Source: an uncultured Rhodospirillaceae bacterium (GTDB lineage: Bacteria > Pseudomonadota > Alphaproteobacteria > MPNO01 > UBA830). Taken from it: 64,000 bases of DNA. Shown here piece after piece: positions 29,942 through 40,584 of this stretch. The stretch's first letter is position 1; each line of letters opens with the position of its first letter. The position numbers were made by a program, and so were the translations under genes. The DNA lies in contig CAXBCP010000009.1 of the NCBI GenBank assembly GCA_963974055.1, positions 74,006 through 138,005 on the forward strand, in the 5' to 3' direction. The notes beneath the pieces are model-generated. The model was not told the origin of the DNA. It searched no databases and was given only the letters and a program-made list of their open reading frames with translations.

Positions 29942-30655
29942 CTACTTCATCTGGTTGCTGATCAGGCGGGCGGCGCCGCCTTTCCTGCCGGAATAATCCT
30001 CCAGCGCGGCGCGGCCGCCGGCGGCGAAGACGGCGACCGCGCTGAGCAGGTCGCGCAACTGCCGTGCCGATGCCAGGTCGAAGCTGCAATGCGCCCCGCC
30101 GGTCAGCTTGGCAATCTGGCGGAACGCGCCGGTGGCGATCGGGTCGTTGCCTTCCTGAAACACGAATGCCGGCACCCCGCGAACGCCGAGCTCGCCCGCG
30201 ATATCGCAGACGTCGTCGATATCCTCCTCGAAGCTGTCGCCGACGAACACCAGCGCATTGACGCGCCGGGCATCGGTTTCGCGTATGGCATGGCGGAGAA
30301 TTTTGCGGATCTGGGTGCGGCCGCCAAGACAGCGGACCTTTGTCATCCGCCGGACGAGCTCGTCGGACGACGAGACCCACGGGCTCGACTTGCATTCGCC
30401 GTAGCCGCGGAAGAAAACCAGCTGAACTTCAAGCCCGCCGAGCCCGTCGGTGGCATGGAACATCTCGGCCTGCAGGTGGCAGGCCTGGTCCCAGGACGGC
30501 TCGCGGCTCGCCGTCGCATCCATCGCGAACAGAAGCCGGCCGCGCCCGCTCGCGGAGTGTACCCGGGGCGTCGCCGCAACCTTCGCAAGGAAGTCCGATA
30601 CCTGATCGGGATTCGTCTGCGTCGGGAGTGATTTCTTGTCTGTGTCGCCGGACAT
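29942..30655 (-). CDS. von Willebrand factor A (vWA) domain protein
   Basis: 237 aa with a MIDAS-like DATASR motif near the N-terminus of the fold. It lies 10 bp upstream of the J-domain gene on the same strand. Confidence 0.5.
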   Translation of the reverse strand: MSGDTDKKSLPTQTNPDQVSDFLAKVAATPRVHSASGRGRLLFAMDATASREPSWDQACHLQAEMFHATDGLGGLEVQLVFFRGYGECKSSPWVSSSDELVRRMTKVRCLGGRTQIRKILRHAIRETDARRVNALVFVGDSFEEDIDDVCDIAGELGVRGVPAFVFQEGNDPIATGAFRQIAKLTGGAHCSFDLASARQLRDLLSAVAVFAAGGRAALEDYSGRKGGAARLISNQMK

Positions 30656-30742
30656 CCGTTCTGCCGCTCCGGTTGATTATGTTGAGATAATACGATTCCC
30701 GGGGTATTTCCAGTTACACGTTCCGAACATCTGGATTCGCCT

Positions 30743-31507
30743 ATGCCCAAAACACCGGACTATTTCCACGACAGGACGATCCTGATCACCGGCGGCGCCA
30801 GCGGAATCGGCAGGGCCACGGCCCTGATATTCGCCCGCGAAGGCGCCAACGTGATCGTCGCCGATATCGACGGGGACGGCGCCGCGGCCGTCGCGGCGGA
30901 GGTGCGGAAATCCAATGCCGGCGCCGAATCCTACGCGGTGGACGTGACCGACCGGCCGGCGGTCGATGCCACGGTCGCGGCGGGCATCGATGTTTTCGGG
31001 CGTATCGATTTTCTGTTCAACAGCGCCGGCGCCGCAGGGCGGCGGTCGTCGTTTCTCGATATCGACGCCGATCTGTGGCGCCGGACATATGCGCTGAATG
31101 TCGACGGCGTGTTCAACACAATGCAATCGGTACTGCCGCACATGATCGGGAACAATCACGGTGTCATCGTCAATATCGCCAGCATGGCCCACCGCCGCGG
31201 CGGCCCGGGACATTCGACCCACTACGCGTCGGCCAAGGGTGCGGTGGTGACGCTGACCATGGGCGTCGCCCGGGAATTCGTCGAACAGGGCATCCGGGCA
31301 TTGTCGATTTCGCCGGGTCCCATCGAGACGCCGTTCCAGGCCATCTCGTCGCCGGAACTGAAACAGCGCATGACCGACGACGTGCCGATGAAGCGCATGG
31401 GCACGCCCGAAGAGATCGGCGAAATGGTGCTGTTCATGTGCTCCGATGCCTGCGAATTCATGACCGCCGACACGGTCTATATCAACGGCGGAGGGGGATT
31501 CCGTTGA
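30743..31507 (+). CDS. SDR family short-chain dehydrogenase/reductase
   Basis: 254 aa with TGGASGIGRA (NAD(P)-binding), NSAG and the YxxxK catalytic motif (YASAK). Confidence 0.8.
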   Translation: MPKTPDYFHDRTILITGGASGIGRATALIFAREGANVIVADIDGDGAAAVAAEVRKSNAGAESYAVDVTDRPAVDATVAAGIDVFGRIDFLFNSAGAAGRRSSFLDIDADLWRRTYALNVDGVFNTMQSVLPHMIGNNHGVIVNIASMAHRRGGPGHSTHYASAKGAVVTLTMGVAREFVEQGIRALSISPGPIETPFQAISSPELKQRMTDDVPMKRMGTPEEIGEMVLFMCSDACEFMTADTVYINGGGGFR

Positions 31508-31716
31508 CCGACACGGACAATCGCCTGCACGCGCTGGAGGCCCGCATCGCCCACCAGGACAACGTCATCGAAGACCTCAGCGACGTCCTGGCGAAGCAGT
31601 GGAAGGAAATTTCCCAGCTGAACGGCCGGATCGACTATCTCAAACGCAAGCTTCAGGAGCTCGAAGACGGGATGGAGGCGTCCCCGCCGGGCGACAAACC
31701 GCCGCCGCATTACTGA
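31504..31716 (+). CDS. slyX: SlyX family protein
   Basis: 70 aa beginning at TTG (31504), which overlaps the SDR stop. The sequence DTDNRLHALEARIAHQDNVIEDLSDVLAKQWKEI...YLKRKLQELE is coiled-coil and SlyX-like. Confidence 0.55.
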   Translation: MTDTDNRLHALEARIAHQDNVIEDLSDVLAKQWKEISQLNGRIDYLKRKLQELEDGMEASPPGDKPPPHY

Positions 31717-31841
31717 ATTCGGGACGGCAAAACGACCGGCAGGGGAAACGGCCGGGAATTTCTGCGGCACAGGGCCTGAATCTGGCCCCGAAACGCCGAA
31801 TCCGCGTGAGATTCGTCGGCGTCTGGGGTAAGCATCGGGTC

Positions 31842-32084
31842 ATGAAAGTACGTGTACACATCACGCTGAAAAACGGGGTCCTCGACCCGCAGGGCAAGGC
31901 CATCGAACATGCGTTGGCCGGACTTGGCTTCGGCGGCATAGACGATGTCCGGCAGGGCAAATACATAGAGCTCGAACTGGCCGAAACCGATAGCGCCCGC
32001 GCCCGCGCCTCCGTCGAGGCGATGTGCGAAAAGCTGCTGGCCAACACGGTGATCGAAAACTACGAGATCGATCTCGACGGATGA
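31842..32084 (+). CDS. purS: phosphoribosylformylglycinamidine synthase subunit PurS
   Basis: 80 aa with [25 protein letters not shown], located internally within listed ORF 31599..32084. Confidence 0.85.
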   Translation: MKVRVHITLKNGVLDPQGKAIEHALAGLGFGGIDDVRQGKYIELELAETDSARARASVEAMCEKLLANTVIENYEIDLDG

Positions 32085-32779
32085 AGGCTGCCGTCATCGT
32101 CTCCCCCGGCTCCAACTGCGACCGCGATGTGCAGGTGGCGCTGCGGCAGAGTGCCGGCAGCGATCCCATCATGCACTGGCACGGCGATGCCGACCTGCCC
32201 GATGTCGATCTGATCGTCGTCCCCGGCGGTTTTTCCTATGGCGACTACCTGCGCGCCGGGGCGGTTGCCGCCCATTCGCCGGTGATGCGCGAAGTCGTCG
32301 CCCGTGCCGATAAGGGCGTGCCGGTGCTGGGCATCTGCAATGGCTTCCAGATCCTGACCGAATGCGGCCTGCTGCCCGGCGTCCTGATGCGCAATGCCGG
32401 GCTGAAATTCATCTGCCGCGATGTCGATCTGCGGGTCGAGGCGGCGGATACGGTTTTCACCGCCGACTATGTCGACGGCCAGATCATCCGCATTCCCGTC
32501 GCCCATAACGAGGGCAATTATTTCGCCGACGACGAGACGCTCAACCGGCTCGACGGCGAAAACCGCGTCGCGTTCCGCTACTGCACGCCGTCGGGCGAAG
32601 TGATCGCGGCGGCGAACCCCAACGGGGCCGCCCGCAATATCGCCGGTATCCTGAACGAAAAACGCAACGTGCTCGGCATGATGCCGCACCCGGAACGCCT
32701 TGCGGACGCGCTGCTCGGCGGTACCGACGGTCGGCCCATGTTCGACGGGCTGGTCGAAGCGCTGGCGGCCGCGGCATGA
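32081..32779 (+). CDS. purQ: phosphoribosylformylglycinamidine synthase subunit PurQ (glutaminase)
   Basis: Start at [16 protein letters not shown], with the GICNGFQ catalytic Cys and the HPE motif. Its ATG overlaps the purS stop. Confidence 0.85.
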   Translation: MKAAVIVSPGSNCDRDVQVALRQSAGSDPIMHWHGDADLPDVDLIVVPGGFSYGDYLRAGAVAAHSPVMREVVARADKGVPVLGICNGFQILTECGLLPGVLMRNAGLKFICRDVDLRVEAADTVFTADYVDGQIIRIPVAHNEGNYFADDETLNRLDGENRVAFRYCTPSGEVIAAANPNGAARNIAGILNEKRNVLGMMPHPERLADALLGGTDGRPMFDGLVEALAAAA

Positions 32780-34998
32780 GCGGATCCGCGGACGACATCA
32801 CGGCAGAAGTCGTCGCCGAACACGGGCTGACGCCGGAAGAATACGAACGCGTCCTGCGGATCATGGGGCGCGCGCCCAAAATCACGGAGCTCGGCATTTT
32901 CTCGGTCATGTGGTCCGAGCACTGCTCCTACAAATCGTCGAAATTCTGGCTCAAGAAGCTGCCGACCGAGGCCCCCTGGGTTATCTGCGGCCCGGGCGAG
33001 AATGCCGGCGTGATCGATATCGGCGGCGGCAAGGCCTGTATCTTCAAGATGGAAAGCCACAACCACCCGTCCTTCATCGAGCCCTATCAGGGAGCGGCGA
33101 CCGGTGTCGGCGGCATCCTGCGCGACGTCTTCACGATGGGCGCACGCCCCGTCGCCAACATGAACGCGCTGCGCTTCGGCCAGCCGGAACACCCTAAAAC
33201 CCGCCACCTGGTGGGCGGTGTCGTGGCCGGGATCGGCGGGTACGGCAACTGCATGGGCATTCCGACGGTCGGCGGCGAGGTCAATTTCGACCCCAGCTAT
33301 AACGGCAATATCCTGGTCAATGCGATGACCGTCGGCATCGCCGATACCGACAGGATCTTCTATTCGGCAGCCGCGGGGATCGGCAATTCGGTGGTCTATG
33401 TCGGCTCCAAGACGGGCCGCGACGGCATTCACGGCGCCACCATGGCATCGGCGGAATTCGACGACGATTCGGACGAGAAACGCCCCACGGTCCAGGTCGG
33501 CGATCCGTTCACCGAAAAACTGCTGCTGGAAGCCTGTCTCGAACTGATGGCGACCGACGCGATTATCGCCATCCAGGACATGGGCGCCGCCGGGCTGACG
33601 TCGTCTTCGGTGGAAATGTCGGACAAGGGCGGCGTCGGCATCGAATTCGATCTCGACCTCGTGCCGGTGCGCGAAGAAGCCATGACGCCCTACGAGATCA
33701 TGCTGTCCGAAAGCCAGGAACGCATGCTCATGGTGGTCAAGCCCGGCCGCGAGGACATGGCGCGGGCGATCTTCGAGAAGTGGGAGCTGGACTTCGCGAT
33801 CATCGGCAAGGTGACCGACACCAACCGGCTGGTGCTGAAATCCGGCGGCGAGGTGGTCTGCGACATCCCGGTGCCGCCGCTGGTGGCCGAGGCGCCGGAA
33901 TACGAACGCCCCTGGGTGCCGACCCCGCCATCGCCGATGCTGGCGGCGGAAGACGCCCTTGCCGGCGTGGATATTTCGCCGGCCGACGCGCTGAAGGCGC
34001 TGGTCGGTTCGCCCGACCTGTGTTCGCGCCGCTGGGTATGGGAACAGTACGACCATATGGTCATGGGCGACACCATCCGCCGGCCCGGCGGCGATGCCGC
34101 GATCGTGCGCATCCACGGCACCGACCGGGCGCTCGCCATCACCACCGACTGCACGCCGCGATACTGCTTTGCCGACCCGGTGCAGGGCGGCCGCCAGGCC
34201 GTCGCCGAAGCCTGGCGCAACCTGACCGCGACCGGCGCCCGCCCGCTTGCCATCACCGACAACATGAATTTCGGCAATCCCGAACGGCCGGAAATCATGG
34301 GTCAGTTCGCCGGCTGCATCGAGGGGATGGCCGAAGCCTGTCTCGCGCTCGACTTCCCCGTCGTATCCGGCAACGTGTCGCTCTACAACGAGACCAACGG
34401 CACCGGCATCCTGCCGACCCCGGCCATCGGCGGCGTCGGCCTGATCGACGATATCCGCGGCCCGATGCCGGGCGCTGCGTTTACGGCCAAGGACGAAGAC
34501 ATCGTGCTTATCGGCGACACGCAGGGCCATCTCGGCCGGTCGATCTTCCTGCGCCTGATGGCGGGCGATGACACCACCAGAAATGCCGGCGCACCGCCGC
34601 CGGTCGATCTCGCCGCGGAACGCCGGAACGGCGATTTCGTCCGAGGCCTGGTTACCGACGGGGACGCCACGGCCTGTCACGACGTATCGGATGGCGGCGT
34701 TCTGGTCGCCGTCGCCGAAATGGCGCTCGCCGGCGGGATCGGCGCCAATATCACCCTTCCCGACAACGCCCTTCCGGCCCTCGCCTGGCTGTTCGGCGAA
34801 GACCAGGCACGGTATGTCGTCACCACAACGAATGCCGACGGCCTGCTCGCCGCCGCACAGGCGGCCGGCGTGCCGGCGATCGCGATCGGGCGAACCGGCG
34901 GCACGGTGTTGACCGTGGGTGCCGGCAACTCTATATCCCTTTCAGACCTGCGGAACGCGCATGAAGGCTGGTTGCCCGGTTACATGGCGACGAGCTGA
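32776..34998 (+). CDS. purL: phosphoribosylformylglycinamidine synthase subunit PurL
   Basis: 740 aa spanning the full length of the PurL family. Its start overlaps the purQ stop. Confidence 0.9.
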   Translation: MSGSADDITAEVVAEHGLTPEEYERVLRIMGRAPKITELGIFSVMWSEHCSYKSSKFWLKKLPTEAPWVICGPGENAGVIDIGGGKACIFKMESHNHPSFIEPYQGAATGVGGILRDVFTMGARPVANMNALRFGQPEHPKTRHLVGGVVAGIGGYGNCMGIPTVGGEVNFDPSYNGNILVNAMTVGIADTDRIFYSAAAGIGNSVVYVGSKTGRDGIHGATMASAEFDDDSDEKRPTVQVGDPFTEKLLLEACLELMATDAIIAIQDMGAAGLTSSSVEMSDKGGVGIEFDLDLVPVREEAMTPYEIMLSESQERMLMVVKPGREDMARAIFEKWELDFAIIGKVTDTNRLVLKSGGEVVCDIPVPPLVAEAPEYERPWVPTPPSPMLAAEDALAGVDISPADALKALVGSPDLCSRRWVWEQYDHMVMGDTIRRPGGDAAIVRIHGTDRALAITTDCTPRYCFADPVQGGRQAVAEAWRNLTATGARPLAITDNMNFGNPERPEIMGQFAGCIEGMAEACLALDFPVVSGNVSLYNETNGTGILPTPAIGGVGLIDDIRGPMPGAAFTAKDEDIVLIGDTQGHLGRSIFLRLMAGDDTTRNAGAPPPVDLAAERRNGDFVRGLVTDGDATACHDVSDGGVLVAVAEMALAGGIGANITLPDNALPALAWLFGEDQARYVVTTTNADGLLAAAQAAGVPAIAIGRTGGTVLTVGAGNSISLSDLRNAHEGWLPGYMATS

Positions 34999-35092
34999 CG
35001 GGCGCCCGGTTCCGGGTCGCAGAACAAAAGACGTAGAAGAACAAGACCTAAAAGAACAAGACGTAACTGACGTATTTGGGGAAAGCACTGCC

Positions 35093-35332
35093 ATGCCAAT
35101 GGACGCCGGCGCGATTGAAAGCCTGATCAAGGAAAGCATACCCGACGCACAGGTCACGATTCAGGACCTGGCCGGCGACGGCGACCATTACGCGGCCCTT
35201 GTCGTGTCGACCGCCTTTGCCGGCAAGACCCGCGTCCAGCAGCACCAGATGGTCTATCAGGCCCTGGAAGGCCGGATGGGCGGCGAGCTTCATGCATTGG
35301 CGCTCCAGACCAGCGCCCCCAAGGACAACTGA
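35093..35332 (+). CDS. bolA: BolA family protein
   Basis: 79 aa starting at [21 protein letters not shown]..., located internally within listed ORF 34919..35332. Confidence 0.7.
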   Translation: MPMDAGAIESLIKESIPDAQVTIQDLAGDGDHYAALVVSTAFAGKTRVQQHQMVYQALEGRMGGELHALALQTSAPKDN

Positions 35333-35361
35333 CCCCGTTCACAACTCAAAGGAATTTCGCC

Positions 35362-35709
35362 ATGAGCGAGCATCCCGTTTTCGACCGTATCAAGCAGGAA
35401 GTCGCCGAAACCCCGGTCGTCCTGTTCATGAAGGGCACGCCCGTGTTTCCGCAATGCGGCTTTTCGGCGACCTGCGTGCAGGTGCTGAGCAATCTCGGCA
35501 TTCCGTTCAAGGGCATCAACGTCCTGGAAGACCCGGAAGTCCGCGAGGGCATCAAGGCGTTTTCCAACTGGCCGACCATTCCGCAGCTTTACGTCAAAGG
35601 CGAATTCGTCGGCGGTTGCGACATCCTGCGCGAAATGTACGAGACCGGCGAGCTGAGCGAATACTTCAATACCAATGGCATCGAAGTCCAGCTCGCCAAT
35701 CCCCAGTAG
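35362..35709 (+). CDS. grxD: Grx4-family monothiol glutaredoxin
   Basis: 115 aa with the CGFS active site ([12 protein letters not shown]). Confidence 0.85.
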   Translation: MSEHPVFDRIKQEVAETPVVLFMKGTPVFPQCGFSATCVQVLSNLGIPFKGINVLEDPEVREGIKAFSNWPTIPQLYVKGEFVGGCDILREMYETGELSEYFNTNGIEVQLANPQ

Positions 35710-35736
35710 TTTCCGCGCGATCCGGAGCATACGGAC

Positions 35737-36858
35737 GTGAAAGCGTCCCGGAATGCCGCGGCCGTCCTGGCCGCGGCATTTTTGCTGGCCGCCCTGTCGG
35801 CCTGCGGGCAGGCGAACGACACCAATTTTTCCCAGCACCCAGGTTTCGACGCCTATTTCGCCGCCAACCCGCCCTCTCCGTCCCTGCCGGGCGCGGTCGA
35901 CAGGGCGCTGTTGCAGCGATACCGGCCGCATCTGTATATCGCCCGCGGGGCCGAACCGCCGATCCGGTTTTACGAAGACTATATCGCGGCGGGCACGCTG
36001 ACCGACCGGAACGGCGCCCGGCTGGCGAACGAGGTGACCCCCGAAATCCTCAACCGGCACCGGGACGATCCCTATGTCGTGTTCGAGCACGTCCCCGCCG
36101 GGGGGAAGACCGCGCCGGTCATGTACGGCCGGGTGGACCGGGAAACCTTCGACCTCGCGGGCCGGACACGCGCCTTTACCTTTCTCACCTGGACGGCGGT
36201 GTTCCGCACATCGGGGATCGCCGCCGGCATTTCCTGGTGGAAGGGCGCCGTTCTCGGCGCCGCGGGCGGGCTGACCGACTGGCACCAGCTCGATCACTAC
36301 ACCGCCGTCACGCTGGCGCTGGACGAAAACGCGCGCCCGGTCGCCGTCCTGTTCCAGCACCACAACTATCGCCGGACCCATGTTTTCGGCGCCGATATGC
36401 CGTGGCCGGCGGACGGGCGTATCGGGGTGGACGTCGCCATCCGGTCGAACGAGCTTTACCCCCATACCGCCGGGCGCACGGTGCGGCGGGCCGCAAGCTT
36501 CCTGTCGCCCGGGACCGTCGAATACCTGGTTACCGGCGGCTCTGCGCCCTTCCGGGTCGCCGACGACATTACCGACCCGGCGACCGAAGTGCCCTATACG
36601 CTGAAATTTCTGCCGCCGGCCGACGCGTTCTATACCTTCAAGGGGTTCCTCGGCGAAAAGCGCCTCCTGCCCGGCAGGTCGGGCCCGCCCGGCGCCGACT
36701 ACAACACCCTGCCCGCGAACAAGCCCCTGCACCGCCAACTGACCGGCTCGCACTGGCGCGACGGCGATACCGATTACGTAAACTGGTACGCGGAGCCCGA
36801 CCGCGGACGGCGCAAGCTGGCGGCGAGATTCGCCCGGCTGATCGCACGAACGGACTGA
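35737..36858 (+). CDS. hypothetical lipoprotein
   Basis: 373 aa with signal peptide and lipobox (LAALSACG). No recognised motif. Confidence 0.45.
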   Translation: MKASRNAAAVLAAAFLLAALSACGQANDTNFSQHPGFDAYFAANPPSPSLPGAVDRALLQRYRPHLYIARGAEPPIRFYEDYIAAGTLTDRNGARLANEVTPEILNRHRDDPYVVFEHVPAGGKTAPVMYGRVDRETFDLAGRTRAFTFLTWTAVFRTSGIAAGISWWKGAVLGAAGGLTDWHQLDHYTAVTLALDENARPVAVLFQHHNYRRTHVFGADMPWPADGRIGVDVAIRSNELYPHTAGRTVRRAASFLSPGTVEYLVTGGSAPFRVADDITDPATEVPYTLKFLPPADAFYTFKGFLGEKRLLPGRSGPPGADYNTLPANKPLHRQLTGSHWRDGDTDYVNWYAEPDRGRRKLAARFARLIARTD

Positions 36859-36961
36859 CCGGCGGCTGCCGCCCGCCGGCGCGCGCCGGCAATGCCCGCG
36901 ACTTGCCGTAGCGGACATCGCGGATTTCAGGCATATTGCGGCGACCGATTACACTTCAGCG

Positions 36962-37255
36962 ATGGCACAGAACTCCACGATGCATCTCCCGATACAGCAA
37001 TACCTCGCCCGGCCGCTCGTCATTCTGGTTGCCGGGACGGTGCTCGCCGCCTGCGGCTCCAGCCGCCCGGATGCCGTCCCCCAGCTTCACCTGGCCTGCC
37101 AGACCGTGGAATGCGAATGCCGCGACGAAAAAATTCCCCTGTTCGAAGACCGCAAGACCACCGAAATCGTCTGGCGCCAGAACGGCGACGCCACCTGCCC
37201 GATCGGATTCGTCCTTGAGCGGGTCCGGGTCGATTTCCTCGGGCGGCGCAAATAG
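36962..37255 (+). CDS. small hypothetical Cys-rich lipoprotein
   Basis: 97 aa with lipobox LAACG and six Cys residues. The start could alternatively be the internal Met MHLPIQQ. Confidence 0.35.
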   Translation: MAQNSTMHLPIQQYLARPLVILVAGTVLAACGSSRPDAVPQLHLACQTVECECRDEKIPLFEDRKTTEIVWRQNGDATCPIGFVLERVRVDFLGRRK

Positions 37256-37285
37256 CGGCCGGGCAACGACCGGCAGCCGGCGCAT

Positions 37286-37322
37286 GAAAAAAGGCCCGCG
37301 GAAAATCCGCGGGCCTTTTGTA
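37286..37322. terminator. bidirectional rho-independent terminator between convergent genes
   Basis: aaaaaa-ggcccgcgg-aaaat-ccgcgggcc-ttttg. Confidence 0.7.
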
Positions 37323-37342
37323 TTCGGGAATGTCCCTTCGCG

Positions 37343-37957
37343 TCAGCGCGAATAAAATTCGATGACGAGGTTCGGTTCCATCTGGACCGGATAGGGTACT
37401 TCGGCGAACTGCGGGACGCGGATGAACTTGCCCTGCATCTTGCCGTAATCGACTTCCATGTATTCCGGGACGTCGCGCTCGGTCAGCTGACCGGCTTCGA
37501 GAACGATCGGAATATTGCGCGACTTTTCGCGGACTTCGATGACATCGCCTTCCTGGACGCGATAGGACGGGATGGTCACGCGCACGCCGTTGACCTTGAT
37601 ATGGCCGTGATTGATGAACTGGCGCGACGAAAACACCGTCGGCACGAATTTCATGCGGTACACGACGGCATCGAGGCGCTGCTCCAGCAGGCCGATCAGC
37701 GCTTCGACCGTATCGCCGCGGCGCTTGACCGCTTCCTGATAGGTGCGGCGGAACTGTTTTTCGGTGATGTTGCCGTAATAGCCCTTGAGCTTCTGCTTCG
37801 CCATCAGCTGGATGCCGAAATCGGTCGGCTTGCGGCGGCGCTGGCCGTGCTGTCCGGGACCGTATTCGCGGGTGTTCCAGGGGCTCTTCGGGCGACCCCA
37901 GAGATTGCAGCCCAGGCGTCGGTTAATCTTGTACTTCGAGCGCACACGTTTCGACAT
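37343..37957 (-). CDS. rpsD: 30S ribosomal protein S4
   Basis: 204 aa with [26 protein letters not shown], located internally within listed ORF 37343..38104. Confidence 0.9.
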   Translation of the reverse strand: MSKRVRSKYKINRRLGCNLWGRPKSPWNTREYGPGQHGQRRRKPTDFGIQLMAKQKLKGYYGNITEKQFRRTYQEAVKRRGDTVEALIGLLEQRLDAVVYRMKFVPTVFSSRQFINHGHIKVNGVRVTIPSYRVQEGDVIEVREKSRNIPIVLEAGQLTERDVPEYMEVDYGKMQGKFIRVPQFAEVPYPVQMEPNLVIEFYSR

Positions 37958-38144
37958 GCGGCTTTCTCCTTCATAATTGTCCCGGTAGTCCAGTTCCGGA
38001 CCTTGCCGGTGGCGGGATGGCGCGCATATTCTGCGACATCCACATTCCCGGGAATGGCGGCGGAGTATATGGATCGGCGGCGGCTTGTCAAACTTTTGCT
38101 GCACCGCATCGAAATCGCGGTTTTCCGGCGTTTTCAGCCGGTTT

Positions 38145-38885
38145 TCAGCGGCGGTTACGGTCCCGCCGCATGGACAGGCCGGCGACGATCCCCCGCAGGG
38201 TCTTCACTTCCTGGTCGCTGAGCCCGGTGCGGGTGAACATATTGCGGATGTTCCGCACCATGCGCGGGCGCTTTTCGGGCGGGTAGAGAAACCCGCACTC
38301 GTCGAGCTCGGATTCGAGATGTTCGAAGAACGCGAGAAGTTCCTCGCGGGACGCCGGCTGACCGCTTTTGCGGGTGACCACGCTCAGCGTTTCGGGATCG
38401 CCCGCCTGGAACCATTCGTAGCCGATCAGCAGCACGGCCTGGCCGAGATTGATCGACGTGTGTTCCGGGCTGACGGGGACCATCACGATCGCATCCGACA
38501 GCGCGACGTCCTCGTTGTCGAGCCCCTTGGCCTCGCGCCCGAACAGGATGCCGGATTTTTCCCCCGCCACCGCATTGCCCCGCACGGTGGCCGCCAGCGA
38601 CCGCGGCGCCAGGACCGGCTTTTCCATGTCGCGCACGCGGGCTGTCGTCGCGTAGAGCCGCTGCAGGTCCGCGACCGCTTCCGCGGTGCTATCGAATATC
38701 TGCGCCTGTTCGAGAATACGTTCGGCGCCGGACGCGGTGTTGATGGCCTGCTGGTTCGGCCAGGCGCCCTTCGGGGCGACGAGGCGCATGTCGCTCAGCC
38801 CGAAATTCATCATGGCGCGCGCGGCGGCGCCGATGTTCTGGCCGAGCGTCGGCCCGACAAGGATGATGGCAGGAGGAGCTGACAT
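38145..38885 (-). CDS. SpoU/TrmH-class RNA 2'-O-methyltransferase (TrmJ-like)
   Basis: 246 aa with [23 protein letters not shown] at the N-terminus and a SPOUT-fold C-terminal block. Confidence 0.65.
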   Translation of the reverse strand: MSAPPAIILVGPTLGQNIGAAARAMMNFGLSDMRLVAPKGAWPNQQAINTASGAERILEQAQIFDSTAEAVADLQRLYATTARVRDMEKPVLAPRSLAATVRGNAVAGEKSGILFGREAKGLDNEDVALSDAIVMVPVSPEHTSINLGQAVLLIGYEWFQAGDPETLSVVTRKSGQPASREELLAFFEHLESELDECGFLYPPEKRPRMVRNIRNMFTRTGLSDQEVKTLRGIVAGLSMRRDRNRR

Positions 38886-38896
38886 GGGATGCGCCG

Positions 38897-40498
38897 TCAG
38901 GCTGCCGTCGCACCGTCGCGGAACAGCTTGTAGGAAATCGAATCCTGCAACGCGTTATACGACGCATCGATAATGTTGGTGGACAGCCCGATACAGGACC
39001 AGCGCCGGTCGCGGCCGTCGGCGCTTTCGATCATCACGCGCGTGATCGCGCCGGTGCCGTCGCTCGGCGTGAGAATACGCACCTTGTAGTCGACCAGCCG
39101 CATATCGCTCAGTTCCGGATAACTGGCCAGCAGGACCTTGCCGAGCGCGTTGTCGAGCGCGTTCACCGGCCCGTTGCCCTCTGCCACGGCCATGTGGTGC
39201 TCCTTGCCGACATCGACCTTCACGGTCGCTTCGGACAGGGTCACCAGCTCGCCGCGGGCGCTCCAGCGGCGCTCGTCGAGGACCCGGAACGAGTGCAGCG
39301 TATAATATTCGGGCACGTCGCCCAGCGTCCGCCGCGCCAGCAGTTCGAAGCTGGCCTCGGCGCCGTCATAGGCATAGCCCTCGAATTCGCGTTCCTTCAC
39401 GATTTCCAGCAGGCGGGGCAGTTTCGGGTTCTTCGGATCGATGTCGAGACCGATTTCCCGGAACCGGGCGAGGATATTAGACCGCCCGGACTGGTCGGAC
39501 ACCACGATATGGCGCTGATTGCCGACCCGCTCGGGATCGATATGCTCGTAAGTCGCGGGGTCTTTTTCGACCGCCGAGACATGCAGCCCGCCCTTGTGGG
39601 CAAACGCCGATTCCCCGACATAGGCGGCATTGCGCGACGGCGGCCGGTTGAGCCGTTCGTCCAGCAGGCGCGATACATGCGTCAGATTGCGCAGGTCGTC
39701 ATCGGTTACGCCGGTCTCGAACCCCATCTTGATCATCAGGTTGGGGATGATCGCCGTCAGATTGGCATTGCCGCAGCGTTCGCCCAGACCGTTCAGGGTG
39801 CCCTGGATCTGGCGCGCACCGGCATGGACGGCCGCCAGCGAATTGGCGACCGCGTTCTCGGTGTCGTTGTGGCAGTGGATACCGAGATGCGAGCCCGGCA
39901 CGTGCTCGCCGATTTCGCGGATGATGCGGTCGACCTCGTGGGGCAAGGTGCCGCCATTGGTGTCGCACAGCACGATCCAGCGCGCCCCCGCTTCATAGGC
40001 GGCCTTGACGCAGGACAGCGCATATTCCGGGTTCGCCTTGTACCCATCGAAAAAATGTTCCGCGTCGAACAGCGCTTCGCCGGCATGGGTCTTCGCATGG
40101 GCGATGGAATCCGAAATCATCTCGATGTTTTCTTCGCGCGGAATTTCCAGCGCGACATCGACATGATAGTCCCACGTCTTGCCGACCATGCAGACCGCAT
40201 CGGTTTTCACGTCGAGCAGCGCCGCGACACCGGGATCGTTTTCGACCGACCGTCCCGGGCGACGGGTCATGCCGAACGCGGTGAATTTCGCGCGCTTCAG
40301 CGCCGGCGGATCGCGGAAAAACGCGTCGTCCGTCGGGTTCGCTCCCGGCCAGCCGCCTTCGACATAGTCGATGCCGATACCGTCAAGCGCCCGGGCGACG
40401 GCCGATTTATCGGCCACCGAGAAATCGACGCCCTGCGTCTGTGCCCCGTCGCGCAACGTTGAATCGAACAGGTAAACCCGGTTGGTATTTTCCGACAT
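38897..40498 (-). CDS. citramalate synthase / 2-isopropylmalate synthase family protein (CimA-type)
   Basis: The start at MSENTNRVYLFDSTLRDGAQ is internal to the listed ORF. It has a DRE-TIM metallolyase domain (HCHNDTENAVAN) and a C-terminal LeuA-dimer domain. Confidence 0.75.
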   Translation of the reverse strand: MSENTNRVYLFDSTLRDGAQTQGVDFSVADKSAVARALDGIGIDYVEGGWPGANPTDDAFFRDPPALKRAKFTAFGMTRRPGRSVENDPGVAALLDVKTDAVCMVGKTWDYHVDVALEIPREENIEMISDSIAHAKTHAGEALFDAEHFFDGYKANPEYALSCVKAAYEAGARWIVLCDTNGGTLPHEVDRIIREIGEHVPGSHLGIHCHNDTENAVANSLAAVHAGARQIQGTLNGLGERCGNANLTAIIPNLMIKMGFETGVTDDDLRNLTHVSRLLDERLNRPPSRNAAYVGESAFAHKGGLHVSAVEKDPATYEHIDPERVGNQRHIVVSDQSGRSNILARFREIGLDIDPKNPKLPRLLEIVKEREFEGYAYDGAEASFELLARRTLGDVPEYYTLHSFRVLDERRWSARGELVTLSEATVKVDVGKEHHMAVAEGNGPVNALDNALGKVLLASYPELSDMRLVDYKVRILTPSDGTGAITRVMIESADGRDRRWSCIGLSTNIIDASYNALQDSISYKLFRDGATAA

Positions 40499-40584
40499 CG
40501 CCTTAATTTTCCGAATGAAAGCCGGGAACACCTATCAGAGTGGTTCCCGGAGGTAAACGTTTATGCCCGCCGCTGCGACAGGCG

